The translations under genes and the position numbers were made by a program. DNA of 64,000 nt from Terriglobia bacterium (GTDB lineage: Bacteria; Acidobacteriota; Terriglobia; Terriglobales; Acidobacteriaceae). The notes below the pieces were generated by a model. That model saw only the letters and a list, made by a program, of their open reading frames with translations. It was not told where the DNA came from and searched no databases. Shown piece after piece: positions 61,509-64,000 of the stretch. Numbering within the stretch: the stretch's first letter is position 1; each line of letters opens with the position of its first letter. The stretch lies in assembly GCA_020072845.1 (NCBI GenBank), contig JAIQGF010000011.1, positions 350,173-414,172 of the forward strand. The letters are read 5' to 3'.

Positions 61509-61647
61509 ATGACATGCATTATACCGCGGTTTCCGGGCATTCTTGGCCGAAATTAAGCATCGTGGGACGATACAAGAAATCATGTTGTGATTCTTGCGGT
61601 GAATCACCTACTCGCTCAATCGCAAGCGCAAATCACTCAATCACAAA

Positions 61648-64000
61648 TCAGAACAGTCTTTCCTGGCGCCGCAGTGTACCGAAGGTCCCGACATTGGTGA
61701 GCGACAACGAAAAGCGGAACTGGTTTTCATTGCGCACCGACCCCAGCGCGAAGCGCCGGTATTCGAAGCTGACGCCGCAGCAATCCCAGTTGTAGCTGCT
61801 CTGGAACGCCGAGTACTGCAGGAACCCGGTGTTGATGTCGAATCCGACATTGGCGGCGGCGCTGATGCCGCGCTTGTTGGGATGGCCGTATCCGACCAGC
61901 CAGCGAAACTGGTTGAACTTGGCGGGCCCGGCGACGGTTGTGGAACCGAATATTTCTCCCGGCACGTTGAGGTAGGCGTGGCTTCCGGCGATGAAGAAAT
62001 CGGCGAAGCGGTGCGTCACCAGGGTGGTGCTGGCGTTGATGAATCCCTTCTTGGTGTCGTAGTCGAGCTTCCACTCGACCTCGGTGGCGCGGCCGGGGTA
62101 GGCGCGCAGCCGGGAAATCACCGGCGAAAAGCGGCGCGGGTCGGTGAGGAAGGCGATCCCGGTGAATTCCGCGGTCGTGGTCAGCACGTTGCGCCGGCCG
62201 GGGACGAGCGCGTCGTCGAAGGTCGGATCGAAGAAATATTTCTGCGCAATTTCCCAGCTCAATACCTCGCGCGACACCGGCGGGCCCGGCTGGCAGCCTC
62301 GCGCGGCGGCCACAGTTTTCCGCGGATTCACTTCCGGGGCGGCGGGCAGCGGCACCGCCAGCGGCGCCTGCTCGGGCTGCTCGGCGGCGTTGGTGCACTC
62401 GGTGGACTTCGTGCCTTTGGCGTACAAGCGGTGAATGATGCCGTACTCGAGCTCGTTGGTATTGCTGAGGATGTCGCGCGCGTCGAAGCGGATGATGGCC
62501 GGCAGGTTGTCGACGCCCGCGACGTAGCGATAGACAATGCGCGGCTCGATGGTGTGCTTGAGGACGTGATCCTTCACCGTTTTCTGAAAGATGCGCGACA
62601 GCGAGGGCGGGCGTATCTCGAGCGAGGTTTCGACGGCGCGCCGGTTGACATCGTCGTCCAGGATGGCGCCGATGCCGCTGGTGGGCACGCCGGAGGTTGC
62701 CAGCCGCTGCGTGTAGTAGGTGTCGCGCAGCGCGATCTCGGGCCGGAAGCTCCATCCGCCGGCGACCAGCGGCATCGCCAGGCGTGGCTCGACGTCCACC
62801 CGCCCGACCAGCGGCGCGGTCACGAACTGCGGCTCGCGCCGCGACACGCCCTGCACCGCCGCATCGTAGGACCAGAAAAAAGGCGAGCGCCCAAGCTGAT
62901 GGTCCACGCTCGACAGATCGAGGGCGGGGGCGTGCAGGATGGTCACCAGGTCGCCGCTCGTGGTGCTTTCAAAGTTCTGGTAGCGCGCGAAATCGAGATT
63001 GAAGAAGTACCCGTTGTACGCCTTGGAGAGAAACGCGTTGGAGCGGACTTCGGAATTCACGGCCAGGGTGAAGGTCTCGGAAAAGGCCAGCCGGAACACG
63101 AACGAACTGAGGTAATCAATGTCGGCGACGGCGCGGAAGCCGTGCGGCAACTGGATTTCTCCGTTGGCGCGAACTTCCTCGCCCCCCTGGTCCACCTTGG
63201 GCGTGCCAATACCGCGGTCGAGCACGCCGAAATAATTGACGTTGAAGAAGGAGTTGTCGGTGGGGCGGGCGCGGAAGCTGCCATGCTGCGACCACCCACG
63301 GTGCGAGAAGTACTCGGCGCCGATGGTGGCGTCCATTTCGCGGTTGATCGCCCAATAGATTCCTTCGCCCAGAAGCGTGCCCTTAGTGGACGATTGCCCG
63401 ATGGTGGGAATCAGGAACCCGGTTTGCCTGCCCAACCGGTCCACCGGATGCTGGACGTAGGGAAAATAGAAAATCGGGATGCCGCCCAGGCGGAAGGTGC
63501 TGTGGTACATGCGGGCTTCCTCGCCCACATCCACCGTGATTTTCTGCGCCTCGAAGGTCCACTTGGGATGCGGAAGCTGGCACGAAGTGACCACGCCATG
63601 GTGCACCACAAAGTGGTCGGGGCCGGTTTTCTCCACCAGCGACCCGGTGAAGAAGAAAGGGTTCGAGGAAGTCAGAATCACCTGTTTGCCGCGAAAGCGA
63701 GCGCCGGTGGTGCCGCGGACATCGTGAAACTTCCCGCTGTCGGCATGAACGTTGTAGGTGGCGCGGTCCGCTTCGAGATGCTCATCGTGGGGACCGCCAT
63801 CGAAAACGACGTGCCCGGTGGCGGTGATTTCCCCGGTCGCGGTGTCGTAGGTCACGTCGTCGGCGCGCAGGACAAACCGGCGGAAGCGGATGTCCACGTC
63901 GCCCCGCAGGTGATAAGTGTCGCCCGCTTTTTCCTGCTGCAGCGCCTGGATGGTGACGTCTTCGCCGGGTTCGTTGGGGCCGGCGAAATGGGGCTTTGCG
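61648..64000 (-). CDS. lptD: LPS-assembly protein LptD (5' end outside the window)
   Basis: OstA-like N-domain (ADDVTYDTATGEITATGHVVF) and a large beta-barrel. The frame remains open from 63897 to the window edge. Confidence 0.85.
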   Translation of the reverse strand, partial: AKPHFAGPNEPGEDVTIQALQQEKAGDTYHLRGDVDIRFRRFVLRADDVTYDTATGEITATGHVVFDGGPHDEHLEADRATYNVHADSGKFHDVRGTTGARFRGKQVILTSSNPFFFTGSLVEKTGPDHFVVHHGVVTSCQLPHPKWTFEAQKITVDVGEEARMYHSTFRLGGIPIFYFPYVQHPVDRLGRQTGFLIPTIGQSSTKGTLLGEGIYWAINREMDATIGAEYFSHRGWSQHGSFRARPTDNSFFNVNYFGVLDRGIGTPKVDQGGEEVRANGEIQLPHGFRAVADIDYLSSFVFRLAFSETFTLAVNSEVRSNAFLSKAYNGYFFNLDFARYQNFESTTSGDLVTILHAPALDLSSVDHQLGRSPFFWSYDAAVQGVSRREPQFVTAPLVGRVDVEPRLAMPLVAGGWSFRPEIALRDTYYTQRLATSGVPTSGIGAILDDDVNRRAVETSLEIRPPSLSRIFQKTVKDHVLKHTIEPRIVYRYVAGVDNLPAIIRFDARDILSNTNELEYGIIHRLYAKGTKSTECTNAAEQPEQAPLAVPLPAAPEVNPRKTVAAARGCQPGPPVSREVLSWEIAQKYFFDPTFDDALVPGRRNVLTTTAEFTGIAFLTDPRRFSPVISRLRAYPGRATEVEWKLDYDTKKGFINASTTLVTHRFADFFIAGSHAYLNVPGEIFGSTTVAGPAKFNQFRWLVGYGHPNKRGISAAANVGFDINTGFLQYSAFQSSYNWDCCGVSFEYRRFALGSVRNENQFRFSLSLTNVGTFGTLRRQERLF

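Overview
High-GC (roughly 60-65% by eye) bacterial chromosomal segment. Gene content and the style of the dispersed repeats suggest Acidobacteriota, but that is inference only. I support about 56 protein-coding genes, nearly all housekeeping or ordinary metabolism: an HD-GYP/GAF signalling protein, glmM, a Sir2 deacylase, polA, pepE, an M28 peptidase, tdh-kbl, a radical SAM enzyme, YeiH/TauE-like exporters, relA/spoT, add, an APC permease, pcrA/uvrD, rpmB, ridA, hslV-hslU, transaldolase, thrS, mnmG, ligA and lptD (5' end cut by the window edge). I found no rRNA, tRNA, CRISPR array, transposase, integrase, prophage, toxin-antitoxin pair or recognisable defence system, so I do not claim a new multi-gene system. 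The unusual part is the non-coding architecture. Almost every intergenic gap carries short structured repeats of several families: (1) tandem 6-10 nt word arrays, often in inverted pairs around a unique core; (2) a ~90-160 bp multi-hairpin element, of which one copy is an intact MITE with 15-bp terminal inverted repeats and a 6-bp direct duplication; (3) a ~28 nt hairpin+CCACAC element whose stem shows all four Watson-Crick pairs at one position; (4) AGGG-loop mini-hairpins; (5) a GGTCCCTCG...CTCAGGGCAGGCT...CTCGGGATGA element. Several of these sit in frame inside essential genes (mnmG, ligA, polA, pcrA, an M28 peptidase, a HExxH peptidase), in the manner described for Rickettsia palindromic elements. 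Other observations: a cysteine-dioxygenase-like gene with an in-frame TAA, a 205-bp tandem duplication of the kbl 3' end that differs mostly at synonymous sites, an M28 peptidase ORF that reads through a repeat into the antisense of pepE, (GAAACT)n tracts directly abutting start codons that lack a Shine-Dalgarno, and -10-like hexamers 5-7 nt upstream of several start codons (possible leaderless mRNAs). All family and domain calls come from motifs recognised by eye; no database search was run.
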